From contig CAWIIB010000009.1 in the NCBI GenBank assembly GCA_963836075.1, positions 1,760,001 through 1,824,000 on the forward strand: a DNA stretch of 64,000 bases, in the 5' to 3' direction. The notes under the pieces were generated by a model, which saw only the letters and a list, made by a program, of their open reading frames with translations, was not told where the DNA came from and made no database searches. Every line of letters begins with the position of its first letter. The stretch's first letter is position 1. Position numbers and translations under genes: made by a program. Shown piece by piece: positions 10,182 to 19,980 of the stretch. The stretch is from an uncultured Acidobacteriota bacterium (GTDB lineage Bacteria; Acidobacteriota; JAQAZP01).

Positions 10182-10960
10182 TTCCTTTCGCGCTGTTGCT
10201 CTTCCTCAAGTACGCATAGAGGGCTGTTGCCGCTGCCAGTCCCAGCAGGCTGATCAGCTGGGGCACCGAGACACTGGTCCATGGCGTGGCACCCTCAATT
10301 ATATACCCCCGGCCCGGTCCGCCGCGAAACAGTTCAACCACGTAGCGGATCACCGAGTAGTTGAACAGGTAGAGGCAGAAGACCTGGCCGTCGAACCGCC
10401 TGTGCCTGAAGGCCAGCAGCAGAACGCCGAAGTTCAGCAGGTCGAGAGCCGCTTCGTAGAGCTGCGTCGGGTGCACCGCCTCCAGGTGACCGGGAAACTG
10501 GACGGCCCAGGGCGCCGAGGACGGCCGGCCGAAACAGCAGCCGCCGAGAAAACATCCCACCCGCCCCACGGCGTGCATCAGTGCCGCGGCGGGGACGATG
10601 TTGGAGACCTTCCACAGCGGCAGCCCCACCTTACGAAGATACCAGATGGAGAAGAAGATTCCCACTATGTAGCCGCCGTAAAAGACTCCCATGCTCTTGT
10701 GTTCCAGCAGGGCGGCCCAGCTGACCGGCTGTCCGGCCAGCGCCAGTTCCACCGCGGTGAAAATCATCAGGTAGGCCTTGGCCCCCAGCAGGGAGGCCAT
10801 CACCAGGAAGAGGAGGTAGGTGGCGGTCTCCATCACCGGCAGGCCGTTCTTTCCGGCCAGCAGCAGGGCGACGCCCAGGCCGATCAGCATGGCCAGGGTC
10901 ACCAGGGCCCCGTAGCTGGGCACGGCGGTCTCACCGATCTGGAACAGGACCCGGGTGCAT
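10165..10960 (-). CDS. lgt: Prolipoprotein diacylglyceryl transferase (apparent +1 frameshift in codons 3-4)
   Basis: SYG, GVFYGG, GRVGCFLGGCCFG, HPTQLYE, ELFRG motifs; ATG at 10960 with a GGAG RBS gives MHPVLFQIG if one extra G near 10951 is removed. Confidence 0.85.
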
Positions 10961-11047
10961 CGCGATTCGCTCCGGGTGGAAAGTGTGCCGGAGAGGGGCA
11001 CGGCGTTTGATCGATAGTATGCCGGGAGCATGCCGCATGCAAGAAGA

Positions 11048-11079
11048 AACCCGGGATCCGCTGTCCGGGATCCCGGGTT
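11048..11079 (-). terminator. Probable intrinsic terminator
   Basis: Inverted repeat AACCCGGGATCC / GGATCCCGGGTT followed by a pyrimidine run on the minus strand, downstream of 11129-11509. Confidence 0.55.
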
Positions 11080-11128
11080 ATCCGGTGCCGCTATTCATTT
11101 GTCCGGCCGGCGCCCTCCTGCTTTACGC

Positions 11129-11509
11129 TTAGAAGCGGATCGAGCAGTTCTCGGTCTCGTTGGCGTCGAGGCTGAAGGAGCGGGTGTAGACGTTCTGACC
11201 GTCGTAGGGGTTGCCATACTGGTCAATTGATGCATACACGGTGTAGGAACCGGTGCTGGCGTTGATCGTCTTCTGGTAACCGGCGCTGAGCAGGAAATTG
11301 GTGCGCGTAGGACCGCTGACCGTAACCTGAACACGGACGTTGGAGAAGTTCTGGACCGTGATGGTTCCCGTGGCATCGTCGGAACTGCCGCCGCAGCCGC
11401 TGTCATCGCTGGGAGACGTGGGACTGGCGGCGATGAAGATCACGCAGAGAACCAGGGCGCCGATGAACCGAATCTGCCGGGCGTTATTTTTAAGGATTTC
11501 TGTAAACAT
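11129..11509 (-). CDS. Small exported protein with beta-rich C-terminal domain, unknown function
   Basis: Hydrophobic N-terminal segment, Ser/Gly linker (SDDSGCGGSSDD), beta-strand pattern; purine-rich RBS. Confidence 0.7.
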   Translation of the reverse strand: MFTEILKNNARQIRFIGALVLCVIFIAASPTSPSDDSGCGGSSDDATGTITVQNFSNVRVQVTVSGPTRTNFLLSAGYQKTINASTGSYTVYASIDQYGNPYDGQNVYTRSFSLDANETENCSIRF

Positions 11510-11840
11510 CTCTTTTCCCCCTTTTTTCGTTATTATTTCGACCGTTCCGTTTCAGTTGACGCCCTGGTAATAGTTCAAGATCGGTGCCAGGTATCGATGC
11601 CTGTCTTGGAAGATCTTCTAAATAACTCAAATGATTCGACTTTCGATGTCGGTTGGTCGCCGGCCGCGCGGGGGATCGCTCATCCTCGTGGGGCAGGGTG
11701 TAAGAGGGTTTTACGGTGGGGTGCAGGGATTTTTGCGGATCAGGCCCGAAGCCGGTGATATTTGACCTGGCCGCGCCGGAGGACATATCCTGTAGCCAAG
11801 CGGTTCCGGGAGCATTCCCCGGTCGTCCCATCGAGGCAGC

Positions 11841-13304
11841 ATGCACTGGATTCCACTGGTCATCGTCTTTGTCTACATCTGCGTCCTCTTTGCCGTCACC
11901 TGGTGGGCCCGGCGGCTCACCGCCCGGGGCGGCGGGGGGATCGTCGGCTACCTGCTGGCCGGGCGCGGTCTGCCTGCCGGAGTCTCCGCCGCACTGCTGG
12001 CCGGGCTGGCCGTGGGCGGGGCCTCCACCATCGGCGTGGCCGAGCGGGCCTACGAGGTAGGGTTCTCCGCCGGGTGGTACAACGCGGCCTGGGCCGCCGG
12101 GGCGCTGGTGATGGGGCTTTTTGCCGCCCGCCGCTTCCGCCGCATGGAGATCACCACCCTGCCCGAGCTGTTCGAGCGTCACTACTCCACCACGGCCCGG
12201 GTGATCGGCGTGGCCGGCCAGCTGGTGATCCAGGTGGTGATCACCTCACTGCAATACGTGGCCGGCGGGGCGATCCTCTCCTCGCTGATGCCCGACGTGT
12301 TCAGCTTCCAGCTGGGGATGGCGGTCACCGCCGTGGTCTTTGTCGGCATCACCCTCATCGGCGGGTTCTGGGCCGCCGGCCTGACCAACGTGATCAACGT
12401 GGCGGTGATCTACCTCGGCATCGGTCTGGGGGCGGTGATGACCGTGGGCAAGCTGGGCGGGGTGGCCTCGTTCGCCGAAAAACTGCCCCAGGGGCACCCC
12501 GGGTTCGACCTCTGGGCCGTGGGGGGCGGGCTGATCGCGGCCTGGTTCATGGTGATGATCACCACCGTCCACTCCACCCAGTCGGTGATCCAGATCGGCT
12601 TTGCCGCCAAAGACGAGCGCACGGCGTCGAGGGGCTATCTCTACGGGGCGCTGATCATCCTTCCGGTGGGCTTTATCAGCGCGGTGATAGGCATGGCCGC
12701 GGTAGTGCTGCATCCCGGGATCCTGCCTGCCGAGGCGCTGCCCCGGGTGGTGCTTGGCCTGTCCCCGCTGGCCGCCGGCATCATCCTCGCCGGGCTCTGG
12801 GCCGCCGACGTGAGCACCGCCTCGGCCCTGCTGCTGGGCAGCGCCACCCTGGTCTCCAGCGACATCATCAAGCGCTTCTTCGCCCCCAACCTCAGCCCGG
12901 CCCGCGACCAGCTGGTCTGCCGCATCACCGTGCTGGTGCTCAGCGTCGTCACGTTCGCCCTGGCCCTGACGGTGAGCGGGATTCTGAAGATGCTGCTCAT
13001 CGGCCTGACCCTGACCACCGCCTACACCCTGGTGGTGCTGATGACCATGTTCTGGCCCGCGGTCTGCCGCCGCTCTTCAGCCAGCTGGACGCTGGTGGCC
13101 ACCATGGTCTCGTTGGGGCTCTGGCTCTCCACGCCGCTCTTCGGCCGACTGGCCGAGGGCTGGCCGGCGCTGGCCGGTATCTTCGGCAAGTGGCAGGAAC
13201 TGGTGGCCTTCTTCCCCCACCCGATCTACTTCACCTGGCTGGTCAGCCTGGCCGCCTTCTTCCTGGTCACCCTGCTCGATAAGCGGCGCATTAAGGTCCG
13301 CTGA
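11841..13304 (+). CDS. Sodium:solute symporter family protein
   Basis: GYLLAGRGLP, VGGASTIG, ITTLPELFERHY motifs; many TM segments. Confidence 0.9.
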   Translation: MHWIPLVIVFVYICVLFAVTWWARRLTARGGGGIVGYLLAGRGLPAGVSAALLAGLAVGGASTIGVAERAYEVGFSAGWYNAAWAAGALVMGLFAARRFRRMEITTLPELFERHYSTTARVIGVAGQLVIQVVITSLQYVAGGAILSSLMPDVFSFQLGMAVTAVVFVGITLIGGFWAAGLTNVINVAVIYLGIGLGAVMTVGKLGGVASFAEKLPQGHPGFDLWAVGGGLIAAWFMVMITTVHSTQSVIQIGFAAKDERTASRGYLYGALIILPVGFISAVIGMAAVVLHPGILPAEALPRVVLGLSPLAAGIILAGLWAADVSTASALLLGSATLVSSDIIKRFFAPNLSPARDQLVCRITVLVLSVVTFALALTVSGILKMLLIGLTLTTAYTLVVLMTMFWPAVCRRSSASWTLVATMVSLGLWLSTPLFGRLAEGWPALAGIFGKWQELVAFFPHPIYFTWLVSLAAFFLVTLLDKRRIKVR

Positions 13305-14205
13305 CCCTGCGCCGGCGCCAGGCCGGCTGGACCGTTTGTTTCCGCTTCACCACCAGCCGGATCAGCCACAAGCCCACCGGCAGGGTGAGCAGGCCGGCCA
13401 GCAGCGACGCTTCGATGCCGAAGGTACCGCCGGTGAACCACGCTGGGCCGCTGGTGGAAGATACCAGCCAGCTGGGCAGGGTGGTGAGCCCGGAGTTGGG
13501 CAGGCCGAGGACGCCGTCCTGGCAGAAGTTCCAGCCGGCGTGGAAGCCCCAGACCAGCCAGAGGCGGCGGGTCAGGGCGAAGGCGGCAAAGAGCACCACG
13601 TCACCGACCACCAGGCCGGCAAAGGCCGCCGGGGTGATGTTCTCGTTGACCATGTGGGCCAGGCCGAAAAGGACCGCGGTGAGGCCGAAGGCGAGCCAGG
13701 TGCCCAGCAATTCCTCGCTGAGTCGAAAGAGAATAAGGCGAAAGATCAGCACCTGGATAAAGGCGCCGGAGGAAAAGAGGACCAGGGCCTGGAGCAGTCG
13801 CCAGGGGCTGTTCATCCCCTGCACGTGGAACGCGCCGGCGGCGAAAAGAACCAGCACGGTGCCGAATACCAGGGCGGCGGCCACGGCCAGGCCGCGGGCG
13901 AACTCCGGGGCTGCGCCGCTGAAGGAGAACTCGTGGGTCGGTCGTCCCTCCACCAGTCGCGTGTAGAGGCGGTAGAGCAGGAACATCAGCACCAGGTCCA
14001 CCGGGAACATCATGTCGGAACAGATCTCGAACCACGGGGGCTCCAGTTTTTCAAAGACGAAGATCATCAGCAGGTTGTGCAGGGCAATGGCCGGGGAGAG
14101 GGAGAGGAGCGCCACGACAATGCGCACCAGTGGGAACTGGATGATCTTGCCACCAGGGGATTCCGGCCTCCGGGTGGTGAACAGGTCGGTGGGGGTGATG
14201 CTCAT
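13291..14205 (-). CDS. CPBP (CAAX protease/Abi) family membrane protein
   Basis: FGLAH, HAGWNF, GGTFGIEAS motifs; the first EE motif appears replaced (IQVLIFR). Confidence 0.8.
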   Translation of the reverse strand: MSITPTDLFTTRRPESPGGKIIQFPLVRIVVALLSLSPAIALHNLLMIFVFEKLEPPWFEICSDMMFPVDLVLMFLLYRLYTRLVEGRPTHEFSFSGAAPEFARGLAVAAALVFGTVLVLFAAGAFHVQGMNSPWRLLQALVLFSSGAFIQVLIFRLILFRLSEELLGTWLAFGLTAVLFGLAHMVNENITPAAFAGLVVGDVVLFAAFALTRRLWLVWGFHAGWNFCQDGVLGLPNSGLTTLPSWLVSSTSGPAWFTGGTFGIEASLLAGLLTLPVGLWLIRLVVKRKQTVQPAWRRRRVSGP

Positions 14206-14840
14206 TTTTTTTGTCCCTCGGTGGTGGCGATCCCCCTGGTCAGCATCTGGAAATAGAGCCGGAGGTAATCGTCAGGGTTGAACCGGGCAAAGGAGTAGGC
14301 CGGAAACAGGGCCTTGTTCAGGGCCGTACGCAGGGAATAGGCGTAGTGGCTGATGGTCATATCCACCGGCAGGTCGGGACGCAGGCTGCCGTCCTTTATG
14401 CCCAGGCGGAACGCCTCGCGCAGGCCGTCGATGATTTTCTCGTTGAGCGAGGTGAAAGTGCTGAACAGCGAGGCGCCAACCCGTCTTTTGTCAATGCCGC
14501 GGTAGTCCCAGAAGACCTGGAGCCGCAGGTCGTGGGGTCGTTTGCGGGCGAAACTGAAGAAGGCCCTGCCCCAGGCCAGCACCTTGTCCAGGCCGCGTTT
14601 CTCCCGGGCCATGGCCTTCTGCTGCATGGCCCAGCGGTCGGCCAGCGCCCCGGTGAAGATGGCCAGGCAGATTTCGTCGCGGTTGCGGAAATAGGAGTAG
14701 AGCGTCCGGCGGGTGTACTCCGCCGCCCCGGCAATCTGCTCCATGCTGGTTTCCTCGACACCCTGCTTCTCGAACAGCTTCCGCGCCGCCTCGAGAATGT
14801 GCTGCCGCCGCACCTCGCGTTCCTTCTCCTGTAGTTTCAC
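14202..14840 (-). CDS. TetR/AcrR family transcriptional regulator
   Basis: ILEAARKLF...SMEQIA...TLYSYFRNRDEI helix-turn-helix; GTG at 14840 with GGAGG RBS. Confidence 0.9.
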   Translation of the reverse strand: MKLQEKEREVRRQHILEAARKLFEKQGVEETSMEQIAGAAEYTRRTLYSYFRNRDEICLAIFTGALADRWAMQQKAMAREKRGLDKVLAWGRAFFSFARKRPHDLRLQVFWDYRGIDKRRVGASLFSTFTSLNEKIIDGLREAFRLGIKDGSLRPDLPVDMTISHYAYSLRTALNKALFPAYSFARFNPDDYLRLYFQMLTRGIATTEGQKK

Positions 14841-14941
14841 CGCACCCTCCCGCCGGTTAAGATGCACAGTATGTGTAATCAGCTATACAATACGAATAGT
14901 ATTGAGATTTGTTCGGTGTTGTTCAGCGGATGAAGGGAGAG

Positions 14942-14970
14942 CGGGGGAGGGGCGCCGCCGCCCCTCCCCG
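14942..14970. terminator. GC-rich hairpin, possible terminator
   Basis: GGGGAGGGGCG / CGCCCCTCCCC inverted repeat just after the stop of 14978-15364. Confidence 0.45.
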
Positions 14971-14977
14971 GGGCTTG

Positions 14978-15364
14978 TCATACGGGCCGGGTCGACCGCC
15001 GCCGGACCACGGCCCGCAGGCCGAACCAGACCAGCGATGAGATCAGCAGGATGGTCAGCCCGGAAATCGTCGAGGTCAGGCACTGGGCCAGCCCCATGAA
15101 CACCAGTTTCGGGTTGATCACCGGGGCATGGATTATCACGTTCAGCGATTTGTAGTGACCCAGGACCTGGCCCCAGAAGCCGAGAATGGCGCAGAAGACG
15201 CCCCAGAAGAGGATGGCGTCCAGACCCCGTTCGAGCCCGACCCGGTCGGCGGCGCCGGGGCCGAAGACCTGGATCGACTTTGTAACGGTCAGGACCAGGA
15301 TGACGATCGAGATGATGACCATGATCGGGCCGCTTAGGCCCATCGAGGTGATGAAGAGAATCAT
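14978..15364 (-). CDS. Short MotA/TolQ/ExbB-like membrane protein
   Basis: Three TM segments, ILGFWGQVLG and GLAQCLTSTISGL patterns; ATGA overlap with the upstream gene. Confidence 0.6.
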   Translation of the reverse strand: MILFITSMGLSGPIMVIISIVILVLTVTKSIQVFGPGAADRVGLERGLDAILFWGVFCAILGFWGQVLGHYKSLNVIIHAPVINPKLVFMGLAQCLTSTISGLTILLISSLVWFGLRAVVRRRSTRPV

Positions 15365-15900
15365 GGAGTTTCTCCTTTCGGGCCGTGCGATTTCCCGGTC
15401 TGATCTGGCCGGCCGGGGAAGACCACCCACTTGAAGGGCCACTGCTCGTGGATCCAGTCCCTGACGGCCTGTTCGAGGACCGGGTCGAGCCCCTGGTCAA
15501 AGGCGCTCTGACGCACCCAGAGAAAGACCGCGGCATCGGGTCCGCCGATGCCCTTGTTGATGTAGACGCAGCCGAGAACCCGGCTCTCGTCGGGGGTGAC
15601 CACGGTATAGGTGAAGCTGGTGTGTTTGGCGAAGTGCCGCTCCTTGACAGCCATGTCGGCGCGGTTCTGCTCAAGGGTGAAATTGGTCGGGGGCCAGGCG
15701 TCGCCGAGCAGCGCCTTGTGGATCAGGTCGATGCTTTCCATCACCGCTGCGTAGTCTTTCTCCGCGTCAGCGACAGTGATCGGGCGAATGCGGAACTGCC
15801 CGGTTTCCAGCCCGGGTGGGACCTCGAAGTCAGCGGGGACGATGGCGGGGTGGCAGCCGGCCAGGACGAGGACGAGGATCAATGGAATCATTCGTTTCAT
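15361..15900 (-). CDS. GNAT-fold lipoprotein
   Basis: Lipobox LAGC; RIRPITVADAEKDYAAVM, SFTYTV, VLGCVYI motifs. Confidence 0.7.
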   Translation of the reverse strand: MKRMIPLILVLVLAGCHPAIVPADFEVPPGLETGQFRIRPITVADAEKDYAAVMESIDLIHKALLGDAWPPTNFTLEQNRADMAVKERHFAKHTSFTYTVVTPDESRVLGCVYINKGIGGPDAAVFLWVRQSAFDQGLDPVLEQAVRDWIHEQWPFKWVVFPGRPDQTGKSHGPKGETP

Positions 15901-15991
15901 TGGTTTTCTCTCGAAACAATGGCCCACCCGGCGAGGGTGGATCCGGTTGTCGATTTTTCTTTCGGACGGGGCGGCGGACGCCGCACTCCGA

Positions 15992-16732
15992 TCAGCGCTG
16001 GAGCAGCACTGACAGTTCCGCGTCCTCGATCCTCCGCACGCTGCTGATCAATGCGTACCAGATCAGCACGGTGATGGTGGCCGACATCAGGCTGACCACC
16101 ATGGTGGCCGAGCCGGCGGTGAGCCAGTGGACGAAGGAGACCGGTATGGGCACGCCGTCCTCGGCGATCCGTCTCATCCAGATGTGCAACTCGATGAAGA
16201 ACCCCCAGGCCCCGATGAACAGGGCGCCGCAACCGAGCAGCAGCAGCAACGGCAGGCCGCGGCGCAGGGTGGGGATTCGATGGTCCCTCTTGATGTAGAT
16301 CTTGTAGACCTGGGCCACTGAAAGCAGCAGCACCGTCAGCGACACTCCCAGCACCGGCCAGATATAGACGCTGGCGTTGCGGAAGAATTCGGCGCTGAGC
16401 ATCTCCTTTCCGGCGAAGAAGAGGACGAAGAGCAGGATGGCGATGAGGGTCAGCCGTTCCCAGAGGGTCTGGGCCTGCAGGGAGAGGGAGTCCATCCAGC
16501 GCTGGAACGGGGTGCGGTGGATGTGTATTAGCTCGGTGAGAGCCTCTTCCGAGACGGCGAAGTGCTCCCGCGCCCGGGCTTCGGCCTCCTGTTCATCGAG
16601 CCCCTGCTCGCGGCAGGTCTCGTAGAGGTCTTCCAGGTCGGAGGCCATCTCCAGCAGGATTCTCGACTTGGCCGGCTGGGGCAGGTCGAGGCGGTCGCTG
16701 GTCTGCTGCAGCAGGCTGACAAATCGGTTCAT
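15992..16732 (-). CDS. PadR-associated membrane protein
   Basis: N-terminal ILLEMASDLED...AREHF helical domain typical of PadR partner proteins, followed by about 4 TM segments. Confidence 0.7.
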   Translation of the reverse strand: MNRFVSLLQQTSDRLDLPQPAKSRILLEMASDLEDLYETCREQGLDEQEAEARAREHFAVSEEALTELIHIHRTPFQRWMDSLSLQAQTLWERLTLIAILLFVLFFAGKEMLSAEFFRNASVYIWPVLGVSLTVLLLSVAQVYKIYIKRDHRIPTLRRGLPLLLLLGCGALFIGAWGFFIELHIWMRRIAEDGVPIPVSFVHWLTAGSATMVVSLMSATITVLIWYALISSVRRIEDAELSVLLQR

Positions 16733-17076
16733 GGCTCCACTCCTTCGACGAGGCCGGTAAAGCGGCGGTAAAATTCACTCCATGCCTCCCGCTGCCGGTC
16801 AAAGTAGCTCCGGCCGCGGGGGGTGAGGACGTAGGATTTGCGTTTACGCCCTGGCGAGTCGGGATGCCAGCGGCCCTTGATCAGCCCCTCCTTCTCCAGT
16901 TTGTGCAGGATGGGGTAGAGCGTGCCGTGGTTGAAACGGAAGTAGCCGCCGCTCTCCTCCTCGATGGCCAGGGCCAGCTGGTAGCCGTGACGCTCCCCCC
17001 TGGAGAGGATGGCGAGGATCAGCGCCTCGTTGCAGCTGCGGGCCAGGTTCTGGGTTTCGAGATTCGGTTCGGCCAT
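16729..17076 (-). CDS. PadR family transcriptional regulator
   Basis: HGYQL, GTLYPILHKLEKEGLI, RKSYVLTPRG motifs. Confidence 0.92.
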   Translation of the reverse strand: MAEPNLETQNLARSCNEALILAILSRGERHGYQLALAIEEESGGYFRFNHGTLYPILHKLEKEGLIKGRWHPDSPGRKRKSYVLTPRGRSYFDRQREAWSEFYRRFTGLVEGVEP

Positions 17077-17184
17077 GGTCCGTTCCGCTCTATATGTCTA
17101 CTCTCGTTATATCGATACTCTATATATAGTCCCGGGCTGCCGTCCTGTCAATCGGTTTCGGACATACAAGGATCTCAGAAAGAA

Positions 17185-17228
17185 CTTGACTTTACGACAA
17201 GACAAAACAATATTGAACAATAATGAAC
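17185..17228 (+). promoter_or_regulatory. Putative sigma70-type promoter overlapped by ACAA direct repeats
   Basis: TTGACT followed by GACAA GACAA AACAA TATTGAACAATAAT in an AT-rich gap upstream of the HTH gene. Confidence 0.4.
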
Positions 17229-17296
17229 TATAGAGACCTTTTGTGCGTCATTAATACTGATTGAACCTAGGGCCTCATAACCGGAGGGATTGAAAA

Positions 17297-17608
17297 ATGG
17301 ACGAGTATCCGATGATCCTCACCCTGGAGCAGGCAGCGGAGATGCTCCAGCTCTCCGCCCGGACCGTGCAGCGGATGGTGAGCAAGGGCAAGATGCCTGG
17401 GCGCCGCATCGGCGGCCAGTGGCGTTTTGACCGTGACCAGCTGCGGGAGTGGGTGCGTGGCGCTGATGTGGAGCCGGCAGCGGCACCGGTGAGCCAGGCC
17501 GAGCTGATCGCCCGCGAGGCCCGGCGCATGGGTGTGGACCTGCCCCAGACGCTGATCGACCTCCAGCAGGCGGCCATGAAGCGGCAGGCGGACCGCACGG
17601 AGGAATAG
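17297..17608 (+). CDS. Excisionase-like (HTH_17) DNA-binding protein
   Basis: LTLEQAAEMLQLSARTVQRMV..GKMPGRRIGGQWRF; GGAGG RBS. Confidence 0.88.
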   Translation: MDEYPMILTLEQAAEMLQLSARTVQRMVSKGKMPGRRIGGQWRFDRDQLREWVRGADVEPAAAPVSQAELIAREARRMGVDLPQTLIDLQQAAMKRQADRTEE

Positions 17609-17769
17609 CATGTGTTACCCCGAAGGGGGGTAACCTTCGGGTTTACTTTGCTCCAAAATTGCGGTATGTATAACCCAACGTGTACTGTTTCAATGGGATA
17701 TTGCCCATCGTTGAAATAGTTAAAATCCTCGGTCAACGTCTTTTTTACGTATCAAGGGAGGGATGATTC

Positions 17770-19785
17770 ATGCGGATGTTCTCACACGATCACCTCCGGC
17801 GCCCACTCAGCGCCTTGGGGGTGGTGATGCTTCTGGCCCTTCTCGGCGCGGCACCGGCCGCGGCCAGCGTGGAAACACTCTCCAACGCGTTCGCCGCCGC
17901 ATCACCGGGAAGCGGGTACGACACCCTGCTGGTGCTGGATGGGCAAAATATCTACACCGGTGGCTTAACCCTTCCCCCGGGTAACCACTGCATCCTGGGC
18001 AATGGAGCGGTCCTCAACCTCCAGGGCCTGAGCGTGGAAGCGGGCAACGGGGTGATCCTCGACGTCAGCGGCTGCTCCTTCACCAACGGCGTCATGGGCC
18101 TGGATTTCACTGCCGGTTCCATGGGCCACGTGGAGTGCTGCAATTTCATCGGCAACAATGACGGCCTGCGGGCCTGGGAAGGTTCGTCGGTGACCCTGGT
18201 CAGCAACAACTTTGTCGACAACAGCCACTACGGGGTCTACCGCCACGAGTATGGCGGGGTGTTCAACGCCTACAACAATGCCTGGGGCAACGCGGTTAAC
18301 GACTACGTCTACTATTGCCCCGGGTGAGGCGGCGGATCGGACTCCGCTGAGAGTCCGGTGCCGGGTACCGGCACCATTTACGCTGATCCGCTCTTCGCCA
18401 TGGAATACATCAACGATTTCCACCTCACCGCTCCTTCCCCCTGTGTGGGCACCGGCCTCGACAGCTACGACATCGGCGCTCTGCCGTTCACCGTCCGCGC
18501 CGCAGCCCCCGGCGGCATCTCTGCCACACCGGTGGGGGTCACCGAGGACTGTGACCTCGCCTGGACCAACCCGACCCACGACACCGACGGAAACGTCCTG
18601 GCATCGCTGGACGGGGTCAACGTCTACCGCAACGGCGAACTGCTGACCACCCTGTCCCCGGCCTCGCCCGGCCAGGCGATGAACCATACCGACACCGTTC
18701 CCATCTCCGACTGGTGCCGCTACACCGTTTCGGCGGTGAGCGGGGGCACTGAAGGGCTGCGCGGCAGCCACGCCGAACTATGGGTCGGCGGCGACGTCAC
18801 CGGGATCCTGGTCTGGAACCTCGGCACGCAAAAGGAGAACGGTGAAGCGGTGCGCGACGCCATCCTCAGCCGGTCCTATGACAACGTTGTGCGCCTGGTG
18901 GAACAGCCTGGCCGCTACCCGCTCTCCGACGGCGTGGACGCTGTCTTCGTGCTCCTCGGGGTCTACGGATGGAACTACGTCCTCGGAGACACCGAGAGCC
19001 AGCTGCTGGTGGACTACCTCGACATGGGCGGCAATGTCTACATGGAGGGGAGTGACACCTGGTATTTTGATCTGGCCACGCCCGTTCACACCTACTTCAA
19101 CATCAACGGTGTCGCCGACGGCAGTGCCGACTGCGCCACCGTGCGCGGTGCGGCGGGCACCTTTACCGACGGGATGAACTTCACCTACACCGGCAACAAC
19201 TCCTACATCGACCACCTGGCCCCCATCGGCTCGGCGTTCACCATCCTGAGCAACGTCACCCCGGCCTATGACGCCTGCGTGGCCTACGACAGCGGCAGCT
19301 ACAGGACCATCGGCTGCTCCTTCGACTTTGCCGGCCTCAGCGGCGGCTCGGCGAGGGAAACCCAGGCGGAGCTGATGGCCGCCATGCTCGAATTCTTCGG
19401 CCTGACCAATGGATATGTGGACACCCTGACGGTGGAGCTGGCCTGCACCCCGGACAGCGGCACGCTGCCCTTTGCCTTCCAGCTGGCGGTGTCGATACAG
19501 AACCTCACCGACCAGTCGCGGGTGATGGCCGCCCATCTCGATGTGGTTCTCGCGTCGGGCGCCTCCTATCCCAACTTCCGCGCCGGCTACACCACCATGG
19601 GGCCCGGCGAGACGTTCAGCACCAGCTGGATGCAGACCCTGCCCGCACTGAGTGGGCTGGTGGGAGCCAACCTGATGGTCCTCACCGGCCAGGATGTTAC
19701 GCCTGCGCCCTACAACCAGCCGCCGTACCACCCCTCGGGCGATACGGACGCCACCGCGGTCGAACTGTTCGGCATCCATCCCTAG
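17770..19785 (+). CDS. Secreted beta-helix/Fn3-like protein with tail B; candidate selenoprotein (in-frame TGA at 18325-18327, CPGU)
   Basis: ORFs 17770-18327 and 18358-19785 share a frame and are separated only by one TGA; beta-helix repeats continue into the ADPLF..DFHL..SPC..DIGA cap; signal peptide. Confidence 0.75.
18333..18363 (+). promoter_or_regulatory. SECIS-like stem-loop
   Basis: ATCGGACTC (18336-44), loop CGCTGA, GAGTCCGGT (18351-59); loop starts 17 nt after the TGA with G at loop position 2. Confidence 0.6.
19420..19785 (+). repeat. Tail B module; other copy at 39211-39579, remnant at 53973-54058
   Basis: Shared CxPxSGTxPF, AHLDVVLAxGAxYPNxRAGYT, SWxQ, QDVTPAPYNQPPYxPxGDT. Confidence 0.9.
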
Positions 19786-19794
19786 TTCGCTACG

Positions 19795-19830
19795 CCGCCG
19801 GCCCGGCATTCCCGTCGGGCCGGCATTTTC
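19795..19830 (+). terminator. Intrinsic terminator
   Basis: GCCGGCCCG / CGGGCCGGC stem followed by ATTTTC. Confidence 0.6.
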
Positions 19831-19980
19831 ATGTACGCAATCAGGGGTGGCCACCAACAGCCTGTCAATTTCGTCCTGTCGCCTCTTGCTCAGTTGTATT
19901 AAGATGGGGTGCAGAACAGAATCAGACCGGTGAGCGGTATTCATCCGGACGGTCTGGAACCCACAAAAGGAGCAGCGCAC

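Noticed and set aside
17297-17608. Prophage or integrative element implied by the excisionase-like gene
   Set aside because: No integrase, att site, tRNA or phage genes nearby.
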